From assembly GCA_963803805.1 (NCBI GenBank), contig CAWDOD010000010.1, positions 224,001 through 288,000 of the forward strand: DNA of 64,000 nt, in the 5' to 3' direction. Positions 49,878 through 59,991 of this stretch are shown one piece after another. Below the pieces are notes generated by a model. It was given only the letters and a program-made list of their open reading frames with translations, did no database searches and was not told the origin of the DNA. The stretch's first letter is position 1; each line of letters opens with the position of its first letter. The translations under genes and the position numbers were made by a program. Origin of the DNA: an uncultured cyanobacterium (GTDB lineage Bacteria; Cyanobacteriota; Cyanobacteriia; Cyanobacteriales; CAWCAG01).

Positions 49878-52637
49878 ATGCCTTACTTAAGCGACTCTCA
49901 AGCCATTTGGCAAACAATTAACAAACTAACCCAAGCAAAAGTCCTGTGGTTAGATACAGAAGTGGCTGATTGGCGAACCAGAAATCCTCGACTTTCTCTG
50001 ATTCAAGCTTTAGTTGATGCTAAAGATTTTACAGGAGAAACTGCTTATGTTTTAGATGTTTTGCAAACACCAGAATTAATCAACTATTTTATTAGCCAAA
50101 TTATGGCTAATCCTCAGATTGAAAAAGTTTTTCATAACGCAAGTTACGATTTAAGATTTTTAGGGGGAAACAAAGCTAAGAATATTACTTGTACTTTAAA
50201 GTTAGCTAAAAGTAATCGTCACTTATTGCCAGAAGTAACCAACTTACAACTAAAAACCTTAGCCACAGAATTATGTAACTTTCCCGTAGCCGATGTCGAA
50301 CCTCAAGGGAGTGATTGGGGAAAACGTCCTTTAACAGCGACGCAGTTAAAGTATGCTCAAATGGATGTAGTTTATTTGGCACAGTTACATAATTACTTTC
50401 TCAAACTAACTCCCATAAATGTCAGGAAAAGACCTCTTTCTTCCCTCACTGTCACCAAAGTTTGTTTAGCTTTTGAATGTCCCCGTCTTTTTTATCTCGG
50501 ACATAAATCCGGCGGAAAAACCATGTTCGTCCCTGCTAATAAAGCCCCCGGTATTGGTAAAACCTTTCATCAATTGTCTGATCGCTTCGTCAAACTAATC
50601 AAACAAGAAGCTCAATTTCAACAACTATTAATAGCTACTCCACAACAACTAAATGCCACAGAAGTAGCTCAGAAAATGCAAGAATTATTATATGAATTAG
50701 CATTCTTTCCCTATTTACAAAATGCCATTAGAGTTGATCCGGCTAAAGCACAGCCTCTGTATACAATTTGGCAAGGATTACAAAATCTCATTGCACGTTG
50801 GGCAGAATTATTAGTTAGTAACCGTGCCTTTTGCCCTGCCGAAGAAGTTGTCAGTAAAACGTTCATCTCCCAAGAACTAGACATTAGTTACAAATTTATT
50901 TTAAACAACAATGAAGAACAATTAGTTAAAGGCAGATTTGATAGTTTAGTTTATGACTTTTCCCAACATCGGCTTTGTGTTGTCGATTATAAAACCTACC
51001 ATAGCCCCGACAAATCTGCTCAATTAGCTCAAGTTGCTCTCTATGGTTATATGCTTAAAAATAGAGTGGGAGTTCCCATAAATTCAGCCGTTTATACTGT
51101 CTTACCTAGCTGGGAAGAATCAACCTTAACCTGGGAACAATTAGAAGCAACCATTCATCAACTTATTCCCGAAAAACTCAAACAAATACAACAGTGGTTA
51201 AACTGGCAACAACCTCAAACCAATCCACCACCACCTACCTCTCAACCAGAATTACTTTGTCCTCTCTGCCCGCAACAACAAAAGTGTCAAACTTTCTTCC
51301 CAAATCCTCCTTTAATTGAAGGAAAATCTACTACTGCTAATCCCATTCCTAAACCCAAATTTGCTCCTCCACAAAAATCAACTCTTCCTACTAATCTAAC
51401 TGAAGCAAAAACACCAATTACAGAATCTCAATCTACTGTAGAAGCTAATATTCCTGAAACCAAAACAACACCTCAAACTGAGCCAATTATCGCCCCACAA
51501 GTAATTCTTAAAAATGAGCCAACAACTACAGCAAAACCAGTTGAGAAAACTAACCCAAATACAGAACCTCAACCAACTATAGAAGCCGATAAAATTGGTG
51601 AACAAGTAGTAACAATTTTAAAATCATTTAAAACCGATGTTGAATACTTAGGTGCAGATATTGGACCAGCTTTTATTAGAGTTAAACTCAAACCTAACTT
51701 AGGAGTTAAAGTAAGTTCTTTATTGAAATTAGCTGATGACTTACAAGTACAACTAGGCATTAGCAACCCTCCTTTAATTGCTCCGCAAGCTGGTTATGTT
51801 AGCGTTGACTTACCCCGCTCAAAAAGAATAATTGCCCACTTCAAAACTTATATACAACCAGAAAATTCTTCCCCCACAGCCCCAGTTAAAATCGCCATTG
51901 GCATCAACTTAAACAACCAATTAATAGAAGCCAACTTAGCTGACTCCAACACTTGCCATTTCTTAGTAGGAGGAACTACAGGTAGTGGCAAAAGTGAATT
52001 TTTAAGAGCATTACTCCTCAGTCTTTTATATCGCCATCCCCCTAACCAACTAAAAATTGCTTTAGTAGATCCTAAACGAGTCACCTTTCCAGAATTTGAA
52101 AAAATGCCCTGGCTACTTTCCCCGGTAGTTAAAGATAGCGATCGCGCCATTGAATTAATGGAAACATTAGTCATAGAAATGGAACGTCGCTACCAACTTT
52201 TTGAACTCAATTCCTGCCCTAACTTAACTGCCTATAACCAACACCTAGCACAACAGCAAAAAAAACCAGAACCTCCCATCGTTTGCATCTTTGATGAATA
52301 TGCAGACTTTATGGTAGAAAAAGAAACTCGCCAAACCCTAGAACAAAGTATCAAGCGTTTAGGGGCAATGGCAAGGGCGGCTGGTATTCATTTAATCATT
52401 GCTACTCAACGCCCAGAAGCCAGGGTTGTCACCCCCATCATTCGCTCTAACTTACCTGGTAGAATTGCCCTACGTACTGCAAGCGAAGCAGATTCAGAAA
52501 TCATTTTAGGAGGCAAACAAAAAGAAGCAGCTTGTTTATTAGGCAAAGGAGATTTATTGTTTTTAAATAATAGTAAATTAGAACGATTGCAGAGTTTGTA
52601 TGCTCAAGAAATCAAGCTTAATTTAGTTAATAGTTGA
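49878..52637 (+). CDS. Fusion of DEDDy 3'-5' exonuclease, PD-(D/E)XK nuclease and FtsK/HerA-type ATPase
   Basis: WLDTE, FHNASYD, YAQMD; ECPR..GRFD..VDYKT..CPLCPQQQKC; GTTGSGKS, FDEYAD, ATQRP, LLGKGD. Confidence 0.85.
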   Translation: MPYLSDSQAIWQTINKLTQAKVLWLDTEVADWRTRNPRLSLIQALVDAKDFTGETAYVLDVLQTPELINYFISQIMANPQIEKVFHNASYDLRFLGGNKAKNITCTLKLAKSNRHLLPEVTNLQLKTLATELCNFPVADVEPQGSDWGKRPLTATQLKYAQMDVVYLAQLHNYFLKLTPINVRKRPLSSLTVTKVCLAFECPRLFYLGHKSGGKTMFVPANKAPGIGKTFHQLSDRFVKLIKQEAQFQQLLIATPQQLNATEVAQKMQELLYELAFFPYLQNAIRVDPAKAQPLYTIWQGLQNLIARWAELLVSNRAFCPAEEVVSKTFISQELDISYKFILNNNEEQLVKGRFDSLVYDFSQHRLCVVDYKTYHSPDKSAQLAQVALYGYMLKNRVGVPINSAVYTVLPSWEESTLTWEQLEATIHQLIPEKLKQIQQWLNWQQPQTNPPPPTSQPELLCPLCPQQQKCQTFFPNPPLIEGKSTTANPIPKPKFAPPQKSTLPTNLTEAKTPITESQSTVEANIPETKTTPQTEPIIAPQVILKNEPTTTAKPVEKTNPNTEPQPTIEADKIGEQVVTILKSFKTDVEYLGADIGPAFIRVKLKPNLGVKVSSLLKLADDLQVQLGISNPPLIAPQAGYVSVDLPRSKRIIAHFKTYIQPENSSPTAPVKIAIGINLNNQLIEANLADSNTCHFLVGGTTGSGKSEFLRALLLSLLYRHPPNQLKIALVDPKRVTFPEFEKMPWLLSPVVKDSDRAIELMETLVIEMERRYQLFELNSCPNLTAYNQHLAQQQKKPEPPIVCIFDEYADFMVEKETRQTLEQSIKRLGAMARAAGIHLIIATQRPEARVVTPIIRSNLPGRIALRTASEADSEIILGGKQKEAACLLGKGDLLFLNNSKLERLQSLYAQEIKLNLVNS

Positions 52638-52646
52638 TAATTAAAA

Positions 52647-53690
52647 ATGGAACAAGAAAACATTAGTTGGTCAGGACTGCTACAACAGTTATTAGATCAA
52701 GAGTCTCTTTCTCAAAATCAAGCCTCTATTCTCATGGAAGGTTGGTTACAAGAAAAAATTCCCCCTGTCCTTTCTGGGGCGATTTTAGCGGCACTCCAAG
52801 CTAAAGGCGTATCGGCTGCTGAATTAGCGGGAATGGCCAAAGTCTTAAAATCTCAGTCTTTGCAACAAGAAACTCTGCAACATAACCAACCTGTTATTGA
52901 TACTTGCGGTACAGGAGGGGACGGGGCAGCCACTTTTAATATTTCCACAGCAGTAGCCTTTGTTTGTGCTGCTGCTGGGGTTGCTGTAGCTAAACATGGC
53001 AATCGTTCAGCTTCTAGCAAAGTTGGTTCTGCGGATGTCTTAGAAGCATTAGGCATCAATCTTTCTGCCCCTGCCGCAAAAGTACAAGCTGCCCTACAAG
53101 AAGTAGGTGTCACCTTCCTTTTCGCCCCTGGTTGGCATCCTGCCATGAAGAGTGTTGCTTCCCTACGCCGCACCTTAAAAATTAGAACAGTGTTTAATCT
53201 CCTTGGCCCTTTAGTCAATCCCTTAAGCCCCACGGGACAAGTGATTGGCGTTTCCAACCCTGAATTTCTCACCCCAATGGCAGAAGCCCTCAACCAAATA
53301 GGTATACCTAAAGCTATGGTTTTACATGGTCGGGAAAAACTAGATGAAGCAGGATTAGCAGATGCCACAGATTTAGCCTTAGTTGCCCAAGGAAAGACTG
53401 AAACCACCAGTATCAATCCCTCCGAGTTAGGTTTAGCTTACGCCCCTACAACAGCCTTACAAGGCGGTGACATAGCCGAAAACACGACTATTCTCACAAA
53501 CATTTTGCAAGGTAAAGGAACTAAGGCACAACAGGATGTTGTCGCCTTGAATACTTCCTTAGCTTTGCAAGTTGCTGATGCTGTTCCTTGGGGAGAATAT
53601 CAACAAGGCATCAAGTTAGCCAAGGATATTCTGGGTAGTGGGGAAGCTTGGTTAAAAGTAGAAGAATTAGCCAAGTTTCTAGCTGCCTAA
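52647..53690 (+). CDS. trpD: Anthranilate phosphoribosyltransferase
   Basis: [33 protein letters not shown]. Confidence 0.96.
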   Translation: MEQENISWSGLLQQLLDQESLSQNQASILMEGWLQEKIPPVLSGAILAALQAKGVSAAELAGMAKVLKSQSLQQETLQHNQPVIDTCGTGGDGAATFNISTAVAFVCAAAGVAVAKHGNRSASSKVGSADVLEALGINLSAPAAKVQAALQEVGVTFLFAPGWHPAMKSVASLRRTLKIRTVFNLLGPLVNPLSPTGQVIGVSNPEFLTPMAEALNQIGIPKAMVLHGREKLDEAGLADATDLALVAQGKTETTSINPSELGLAYAPTTALQGGDIAENTTILTNILQGKGTKAQQDVVALNTSLALQVADAVPWGEYQQGIKLAKDILGSGEAWLKVEELAKFLAA

Positions 53691-53713
53691 TTTCTACTCT
53701 AAAATTTTAATCA

Positions 53714-53741
53714 CCATTAGCCATTAGCCATTAGCTATTAG
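53714..53741. repeat. Heptamer tandem repeat (CCATTAG) x4
   Basis: ccattag x3 followed by ctattag. Confidence 0.85.
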
Positions 53742-53773
53742 CAAAACTATCAATTGTGCAAAAAAAACTAACT

Positions 53774-54577
53774 ATGGCGATTACGCTCCGCGTAGCAGCA
53801 AAGCTGAGCGCAACTATTTTTATCTTCCTGCAAACGGGCTGTGATTTTCTCTTAGGGTTTGATACCCCAACCAACCCTCACTTACTATTGGGTAATCCTA
53901 GCAATGCTGGATTAGAACCAAATAATTATTTAATAGAAAAGCCTCAATATGTTTTATCCTACAATCGAGAACGGGGAACAGCTAATTGGGTAGCTTGGCA
54001 GCTTAACCAAAGTTGGTTAGGTAAAGTAGAAAGACAAGATGATTTTCGTCCCGATGCCACCTTACCAGAAGATTGGTATCAAGTCAGACCAAACGACTAT
54101 AGAGGAAGCGGCTATGATCGTGGTCATCTTACCCCTTCAGCAGATCGCACAGACACTATAGAAGATAACTCAGCGACTTTTTTAATGACCAACATTGTAC
54201 CCCAAACCCCAAATAACAATCGGGGTGCATGGCGAGAGTTAGAAGAATATTGTCGAGAATTAGTAGAGGAAGGGAAAGAACTTTACATCATTGCTGGAGT
54301 TTATGGGGAAAGGGAAAAAATTGGCCCTGATAGACAAATAACCGTACCAACCTATACTTGGAAAGTTATCGTGGTTTTAGATGAACCAGGAGCAGGTTTA
54401 AATAATATCTCCGAAAATACTAGAATTATCGCTGTAGATGTGACCAATCGTGTCAATACCAGTTCAGATTGGGAAAACTATCAAGTCAGTGTCGATCAAC
54501 TAGAAGCTAAAACTGGCTACGACTTCCTTAATCGTGTTCCCGTCTCAATTCAAGATGTGATTGAAAGTAGAAGGTAG
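53774..54577 (+). CDS. NucA-like DNA/RNA non-specific endonuclease, probable lipoprotein
   Basis: LGNPS, DRGHLTP, TNIVPQ..NNRGAW; LQTGC lipobox-like motif. Confidence 0.88.
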   Translation: MAITLRVAAKLSATIFIFLQTGCDFLLGFDTPTNPHLLLGNPSNAGLEPNNYLIEKPQYVLSYNRERGTANWVAWQLNQSWLGKVERQDDFRPDATLPEDWYQVRPNDYRGSGYDRGHLTPSADRTDTIEDNSATFLMTNIVPQTPNNNRGAWRELEEYCRELVEEGKELYIIAGVYGEREKIGPDRQITVPTYTWKVIVVLDEPGAGLNNISENTRIIAVDVTNRVNTSSDWENYQVSVDQLEAKTGYDFLNRVPVSIQDVIESRR

Positions 54578-54609
54578 AGAAATTAAATTTGTAACTTAGA
54601 TCAGGTGAT

Positions 54610-54636
54610 TCTCTTCCGGAGACGCTACGCGATCGC
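54610..54636 (-). repeat. Small dispersed repeat, copy 2, abutting a HIP1 site
   Basis: Reverse complement reads GCGATCGCGTAGCGTCTCCGGAAGAGA. Confidence 0.6.
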
Positions 54637-54675
54637 TCTTGGAAAAAAATTAAACGAAAGAATACCAGCCAAGCC

Positions 54676-56304
54676 ATGAATCTTATCTCCCTTCTGCTGC
54701 GTACTTCCTGGTTAACAGTGGTTTTAGCGGTTATTACAGGCTTATTAAGTGGGGCTAGTAGTACAGGCTTAATTGCCTTAACTAACACTGCCTTAACTAA
54801 TAGTCGTTGGTCTGAACAACAACTTTTACTCAGCTTTATTGGGTTATGCTTTACTCTATTAATAGCTAATTTATGCTCGCAAATTCTGCTTGCCCGTCTT
54901 TCCCAAGGAGCTGTATTCGACTTAAGAATTTACCTCAGCCGTCGCATTCTCGCCTCACCTTTACGGAAGTTAGAAGAAGTTGGTACAGCTAGTTTACTGG
55001 CAACCCTAATTGATGATGTGCAATCGGTTTCTTTACTTCTATCGCGCTTACCTTTCATCTTCACCAACTTAGCCATTTTAGTTAGCTGTTTGATTTATTT
55101 AGGCTGGCTTTCTTTATCAGTCTTTTGGTTAATGTTAGTTGTTCTGGTAGTAGCTGTAGTTAGTGTTGAATTACTAATTTCTCAAGGGGGAAAAATGTTC
55201 TCCTTAGCTAGGGAGGAACAAGATTCTCTATTTCAGCACTTTCGTACTATTACAGAAGGAATCAAAGAACTTAAATTACATCAACCCCGTCAAGAAGCCT
55301 TTTTTAAACAAGATTTAGTAGCTACAGCAGACGCTTCTAGGTGTTACAAAATCAAAGCCTTTACCACTTTTTCCTTTGCTTCAAGTTGGGGGCTGATGAA
55401 TCTATTTATTGCCTTGGGGATAATTGTTTTTCTTGTCCCCAAAATTGTAGCAACAACTCCAGAGATTTTATCGGGTTATGCTTTAATCACTATTTATTTG
55501 ACCTTGCCTTTAAATGCCATAATTAATACCCTTCCTGACTTTACCACAGCAGCGATCGCCCTAAATAAGATCGACTCATTAGGTTTATCCTTAACAGCAG
55601 ATACCAAAGAAAAAGAAGCACCTGATTTAGCTCCTATCCAAAACTCCTGGCAACACTTACACCTTGCTAATATTACCCATAGCTACCATAACGAAAAAGA
55701 AGATAGTAACTTTACTTTAGGTCCAATTAATCTCACCATTAAAGCCGGAGAACTAATTTTTATTGTGGGAGGCAACGGTAGCGGCAAATCTACCTTAGCC
55801 AAACTAATTACCGGGCTATATTCTCCTGAATCTGGAGTTATTTCTTTGGATCAACAACCTATCAAAGATCATAATCGGGGGTGGTATCGCCAACATTTTG
55901 CCGTTGTTTTTGCTGATTTTTATCTTTTTGAGCGTCTTATTGGCATCAACAAACCTGAGTTTTTGAAAACAGCCCAGGAGTTTTTGAGAAAACTACAACT
56001 CGAACATAAAGTAAAAATTGAGCAAGGAAAGCTTTCTACCACTGCTTTATCTCAAGGGCAGCGCAAAAGATTAGCCCTGTTAAATGCTTATTTAGAAGAT
56101 CGCCCCATTTATTTATTTGATGAATGGGCTTCAGATCAAGATCCTGCGTTTCGAGAGATTTTTTATAGCCAATTATTGCAGGAACTAAAAAACAGAGGCA
56201 AAACTCTACTAGTAATAAGTCATGATGATCATTATTTCCATTTAGCAGACAGAATCATCAAATTAGATTATGGTCAAGTTGAATACGACAATTATCAAAG
56301 ATAA
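54676..56304 (+). CDS. Cyclic peptide export ABC transporter (SyrD/PvdE/YojI family)
   Basis: GIKELKL, GGNGSGKST, LSQGQRKRLAL, DEWASDQDP. Confidence 0.9.
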   Translation: MNLISLLLRTSWLTVVLAVITGLLSGASSTGLIALTNTALTNSRWSEQQLLLSFIGLCFTLLIANLCSQILLARLSQGAVFDLRIYLSRRILASPLRKLEEVGTASLLATLIDDVQSVSLLLSRLPFIFTNLAILVSCLIYLGWLSLSVFWLMLVVLVVAVVSVELLISQGGKMFSLAREEQDSLFQHFRTITEGIKELKLHQPRQEAFFKQDLVATADASRCYKIKAFTTFSFASSWGLMNLFIALGIIVFLVPKIVATTPEILSGYALITIYLTLPLNAIINTLPDFTTAAIALNKIDSLGLSLTADTKEKEAPDLAPIQNSWQHLHLANITHSYHNEKEDSNFTLGPINLTIKAGELIFIVGGNGSGKSTLAKLITGLYSPESGVISLDQQPIKDHNRGWYRQHFAVVFADFYLFERLIGINKPEFLKTAQEFLRKLQLEHKVKIEQGKLSTTALSQGQRKRLALLNAYLEDRPIYLFDEWASDQDPAFREIFYSQLLQELKNRGKTLLVISHDDHYFHLADRIIKLDYGQVEYDNYQR

Positions 56305-56338
56305 AAGGTAGTGATGATGAGATGATAATGAAGAAACA

Positions 56339-56377
56339 ATTAGCTATTAGCTATTAGCCATTAGCCACTAGCTATTA
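56339..56377. repeat. Heptamer tandem repeat (TTAGCYA-type) x ~5
   Basis: ttagcta ttagcta ttagcca ttagcca ctagcta. Confidence 0.8.
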
Positions 56378-56436
56378 ACTGTTTCAATATCTGTAACGGC
56401 GAACTTAATAGCTTTGTATTTGTTTAATCTATATTT

Positions 56437-57024
56437 ATGCAGCCCACCGTGACGACGTATCCGTCTGTTCCCCAGTGGGAGGAATTGTCCCTCGCCCAAG
56501 CACCCAATGCTAAGCAACTCGACAATATAAAATCCCACTTGGACTTAGTATTACTCGCCCTAGAAGCCCTTACCGCCATTGGATCTGAGGCTATGCTCAA
56601 AGCAGCCACAGATTTGGGGTTAGAGTCGGTTATTGGCGATCGCGTAGCCCTTTGGCGGTTGCGCCAAGCTAACCCGCAACGTAAAAGTTCAGGAGGCAGG
56701 AAAAAACTTGATGTAGAAGAAGCGCGATCGCTAGTTCTGATTATTTGTCACTTAGCCCAAGAGTACCAAGAGTTAATTCGCCGTGCTGTGAGCTTACTTG
56801 AACAAATGGCAGAACAAAATCAAGAACCTCATCGTAGTGCTTTATTAGGAGACTATCTAGATGTGTTCAGTAATACCTATCAAGAACGCATGGAAGACGG
56901 CGAGGAGATATCTTCTACCTTTTTGTCTCAGTTGGCATTCAAACTTTTAATTGATTTACTATTCTATAGCGCCCCCAAGGGGCATCGTCGTCTCTGGTTA
57001 GCTTTATTAGATTATGCCAAATAA
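56437..57024 (+). CDS. DUF3038 family protein
   Basis: LDLVLLALEAL, RVALWRLRQANP, LLFYSAPKGHRRLW. Confidence 0.8.
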   Translation: MQPTVTTYPSVPQWEELSLAQAPNAKQLDNIKSHLDLVLLALEALTAIGSEAMLKAATDLGLESVIGDRVALWRLRQANPQRKSSGGRKKLDVEEARSLVLIICHLAQEYQELIRRAVSLLEQMAEQNQEPHRSALLGDYLDVFSNTYQERMEDGEEISSTFLSQLAFKLLIDLLFYSAPKGHRRLWLALLDYAK

Positions 57025-57126
57025 AGGTTTTTGCTATTAGCTAGCTGAAGATATCTTACAAATCTAAAAACTATTCTATTCTATGTTTCTCTTGCTCCGC
57101 TTATCCATATTCTCACTTCTTCGGCG

Positions 57127-58620
57127 ATGGTAATTTCTAACTCAGTTGTCAGAATTTATACCCCTCCTACTTGTACCCTCAAAATTGTGGGTAAAAGTTC
57201 TCCCTTAGCACGTTGGGTAGGGGGAACAGTGTTGAAAAAAATGCGTTTCGAGTTGCGCTTCGATGATCCTCGTAAGCATAAAGATGAGCAGATTAAAGTT
57301 AAAGGAGAACAAGAAGAATTAGAGTTGTTGTGCGAAGTTGTCACAGAGTATATACAAAAATTCCTCCATCGTTCAGCTTTAGATTTACCTTTATTAACTC
57401 CAGAAACAACCACCTTAGAACGTTCTTTTTCTGAGGTCTTAAATCATCAAAGTGATAAAGTAGTTCCTTTCCCGGAAACTAATAATTCCGAAACTGAAAC
57501 AGAAGCAGAAGAATCACAAACATCCTCTCTCAGCCCTCCTCCTTTCGCCAGAGGACCTCGTTTAGAGTCAAAGGGTTTATTAGCTCACCAATTCCATTTA
57601 GGCTATTTGGGAAGCGAGGAAGCAAGGGAAAATGTTACTTTAAGTACTACACAACTATTTGATTTGGCTACAGCTTTAGATGAGTATGCCGAAGATATCG
57701 TCGCTTTGCCTTTTCTTAAAGATAGCGATCGCTCCGTAATCCCATATTGGGCAGGCACTGCGGCTGCGGTGGTAATAGCTGTGGGTTTAACTGCTGTTGG
57801 TATGAGGATGTTAGACAATTCTCCAGACGGACAAACCGTCGCTGATGTCAACGAGAGTTCCAACTCCCAAGCCCCCATTGGCATTGTACCCCCTCCTTCT
57901 GTTCCAGCAGTTTCTCCTACCCCTACCCCCACTCTTCCCTCAGCTTTAAAATCGAAAGAAAAACTAAAACCTCCTGGGGCTGTAAAAAGAGGCAGCGACG
58001 GAACCTCAACTCAACCTAGCAGCAGTAGTGGCACTAATATAGGAGCTACCGGCCCTAGCCAACCACCAAAAACTCCTAATTCAAGTAAAACTACTATTCC
58101 ATCTGTGGGGCCAGCACAACCAGCTAAGGCTCCTAGTGTAGCACCAGAAAAAACAGTTATACCCCCAACTGTAAGACCAGCACCTCCAGAAGTAAAGCCT
58201 TCTGTCCCCTCTAGAATAGATGGAACACCAACTATACCAGGTTTGCCACCCCTTGGGAATGATGATAAACGTACCGCCGGATTAGAAGAATCTCAAGGTG
58301 ATACTGCTTTGAGGCTTCCTCCTCAAGATCGTCTGTCTGATGTCATACCTCAAGTAGCTGAAGTTAGAAACTATTTCCAAGGAAATTGGAACCCTCCCCA
58401 GGATGTTACTAAACCTTTGGAGTATCAGTTAGTGTTAAATAGCGATGGTTCTCTAAGAACTGTTGTTCCTGTAGGGCAAGCTGCAACTACCCATATAGAA
58501 TCTACTAGTATGCCAATATTAGGGCAACAATTTGTTTCACCACTTTCAGGGGCGCAAAGCCGTATAATTCGCCTAGTGCTTTATCCTGATCGTAAGGTAG
58601 AAACTTTTTTAGAGCGGTGA
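57127..58620 (+). CDS. DUF4335 family membrane protein
   Basis: YTPPTCTL, LSTTQLFDLATALDEY, single TM, Pro-rich region; follows DUF3038. Confidence 0.75.
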   Translation: MVISNSVVRIYTPPTCTLKIVGKSSPLARWVGGTVLKKMRFELRFDDPRKHKDEQIKVKGEQEELELLCEVVTEYIQKFLHRSALDLPLLTPETTTLERSFSEVLNHQSDKVVPFPETNNSETETEAEESQTSSLSPPPFARGPRLESKGLLAHQFHLGYLGSEEARENVTLSTTQLFDLATALDEYAEDIVALPFLKDSDRSVIPYWAGTAAAVVIAVGLTAVGMRMLDNSPDGQTVADVNESSNSQAPIGIVPPPSVPAVSPTPTPTLPSALKSKEKLKPPGAVKRGSDGTSTQPSSSSGTNIGATGPSQPPKTPNSSKTTIPSVGPAQPAKAPSVAPEKTVIPPTVRPAPPEVKPSVPSRIDGTPTIPGLPPLGNDDKRTAGLEESQGDTALRLPPQDRLSDVIPQVAEVRNYFQGNWNPPQDVTKPLEYQLVLNSDGSLRTVVPVGQAATTHIESTSMPILGQQFVSPLSGAQSRIIRLVLYPDRKVETFLER

Positions 58621-58679
58621 TGCTAGTTGCTAATGGCTACGATTTATTAACCATTATCTTCCCAAAAGCCATCACTGCT

Positions 58680-59630
58680 TTAGTTAAAGCAGCAAGCAAA
58701 AGAACAATTTCCACTTCTCTGCCATAAAGCTTTTGAGAAATTTGCAAATTTTGACATAAGATCATGCTTTCCCAAGAAAAAAGGTTTGATTTCACCTTTG
58801 GTTTCTAATTGATAAAGACACAGTTCTAAATCAGCTTCTAAACCCCAACAACTTTGATAACGATCTTCAGCATTTTTTGCCAATAATTTCATGACAATCT
58901 CAGAGATAATTGGTGGGATTTTGGAGTTAATATAATGAGGAGGAATTGGCTGTTTAGCTATGTGAGCATATACCAACTCTCCGGCATCTTTGCTATCAAA
59001 AGGAAGCTGTTGAGTAAGTAGTTCGTAAAAGGTTACTCCCAGAGAATAAAAATCAGTGCGGTAGTCCACCACTCGATTTATTTTTCCCGTTTGTTCGGGA
59101 GATAAATAAGCAAGGGTAGATTCAATTTCTTGGGGGGCTTTAAATTGAGACTTTTCTGTATTTAAGATTGTCGCAATACCAAAATCAATAATTTTGAGTA
59201 AACCATTTTGGCCATTGTAAATAAGATGGTTAGGATTAATATCTTGATGAATAATCTTTTTAGCATGAATCAAACCTAAACTAGCTGTAATTTTACTTGC
59301 CGTTGTCAAGAATGCCTGGAGAGAAATGGGTTCACTGCGATTCTTCAACAAAGTCTTCAAAGATTCCCCTCCAAAGTCCTCTAAAACAATGACGAAACCC
59401 CTTTGGTAGGTTTCTAAACTATAAGCTCTAATTACCCCTTCTAAATTCAAAGAAGAGATGATTTCATACTCTTGTTTATATCTAGTTAGTTCCTGGCGAG
59501 TAGGATATTCTTGCTTTAGTACTTTGATAATTACTGATTTGGCATCATCTTCTCTCATACCGCGATATACCCGCGAACGAGAACCTTCATATATTTGCTC
59601 AGTAATTCGATAATTAGCAAGAGTAATCAT
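58680..59630 (-). pseudogene. Truncated Ser/Thr kinase (N-terminal remnant of a kinase-AAA-sensor protein)
   Basis: HQDINP, IIDFG, YLSPEQTG, DFYSLG; after a frameshift near 58745 the other frame reads QISQKLYGREVEI, then stops. Confidence 0.7.
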
Positions 59631-59634
59631 AAAA

Positions 59635-59991
59635 TCACTTCTCTAAAGTGAGAACTGTGAGTTCAGGAGTTTGGATGAATTTGCCATCTTCATCAGGCTC
59701 AAAATTCATAACACCAAACACCGCATCTGTATTTAGGGAACCATAAATGTGGGGAAAGTAACCTTCTTGATCGTTTCCTTCATAACGAACTTCTGCTTGC
59801 AGTTTTTCTGAATTTATTAATAAAAGTAATAGTCTGGGCTGGCCCCTAAAAAAGTTATTAGCTGTTGCCACAACTTGTTTCGGTGTTGAACAATGAATGA
59901 AACCTTCACGCTTCAGGGTATCACTACGATAAACCCCTGTTAATTGAGCTTCTTCCCACTGTTGAATCTCTGCAATATGTAAGATAGTCAT
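59635..59991 (-). CDS. DUF952 family protein
   Basis: EGFIHCST and FPHIYGSLN motifs. Confidence 0.88.
   Translation of the reverse strand: MTILHIAEIQQWEEAQLTGVYRSDTLKREGFIHCSTPKQVVATANNFFRGQPRLLLLLINSEKLQAEVRYEGNDQEGYFPHIYGSLNTDAVFGVMNFEPDEDGKFIQTPELTVLTLEK

Noticed and set aside
50440-51300. 4-Cys PD-(D/E)XK domain as Cas4 of a CRISPR-Cas locus
   Set aside because: No cas1/cas2 and no repeat-spacer array seen; the domain is embedded in an FtsK fusion.
51580-52637. Cell-division FtsK/SpoIIIE
   Set aside because: No N-terminal membrane domain and no gamma domain; fused to nucleases.
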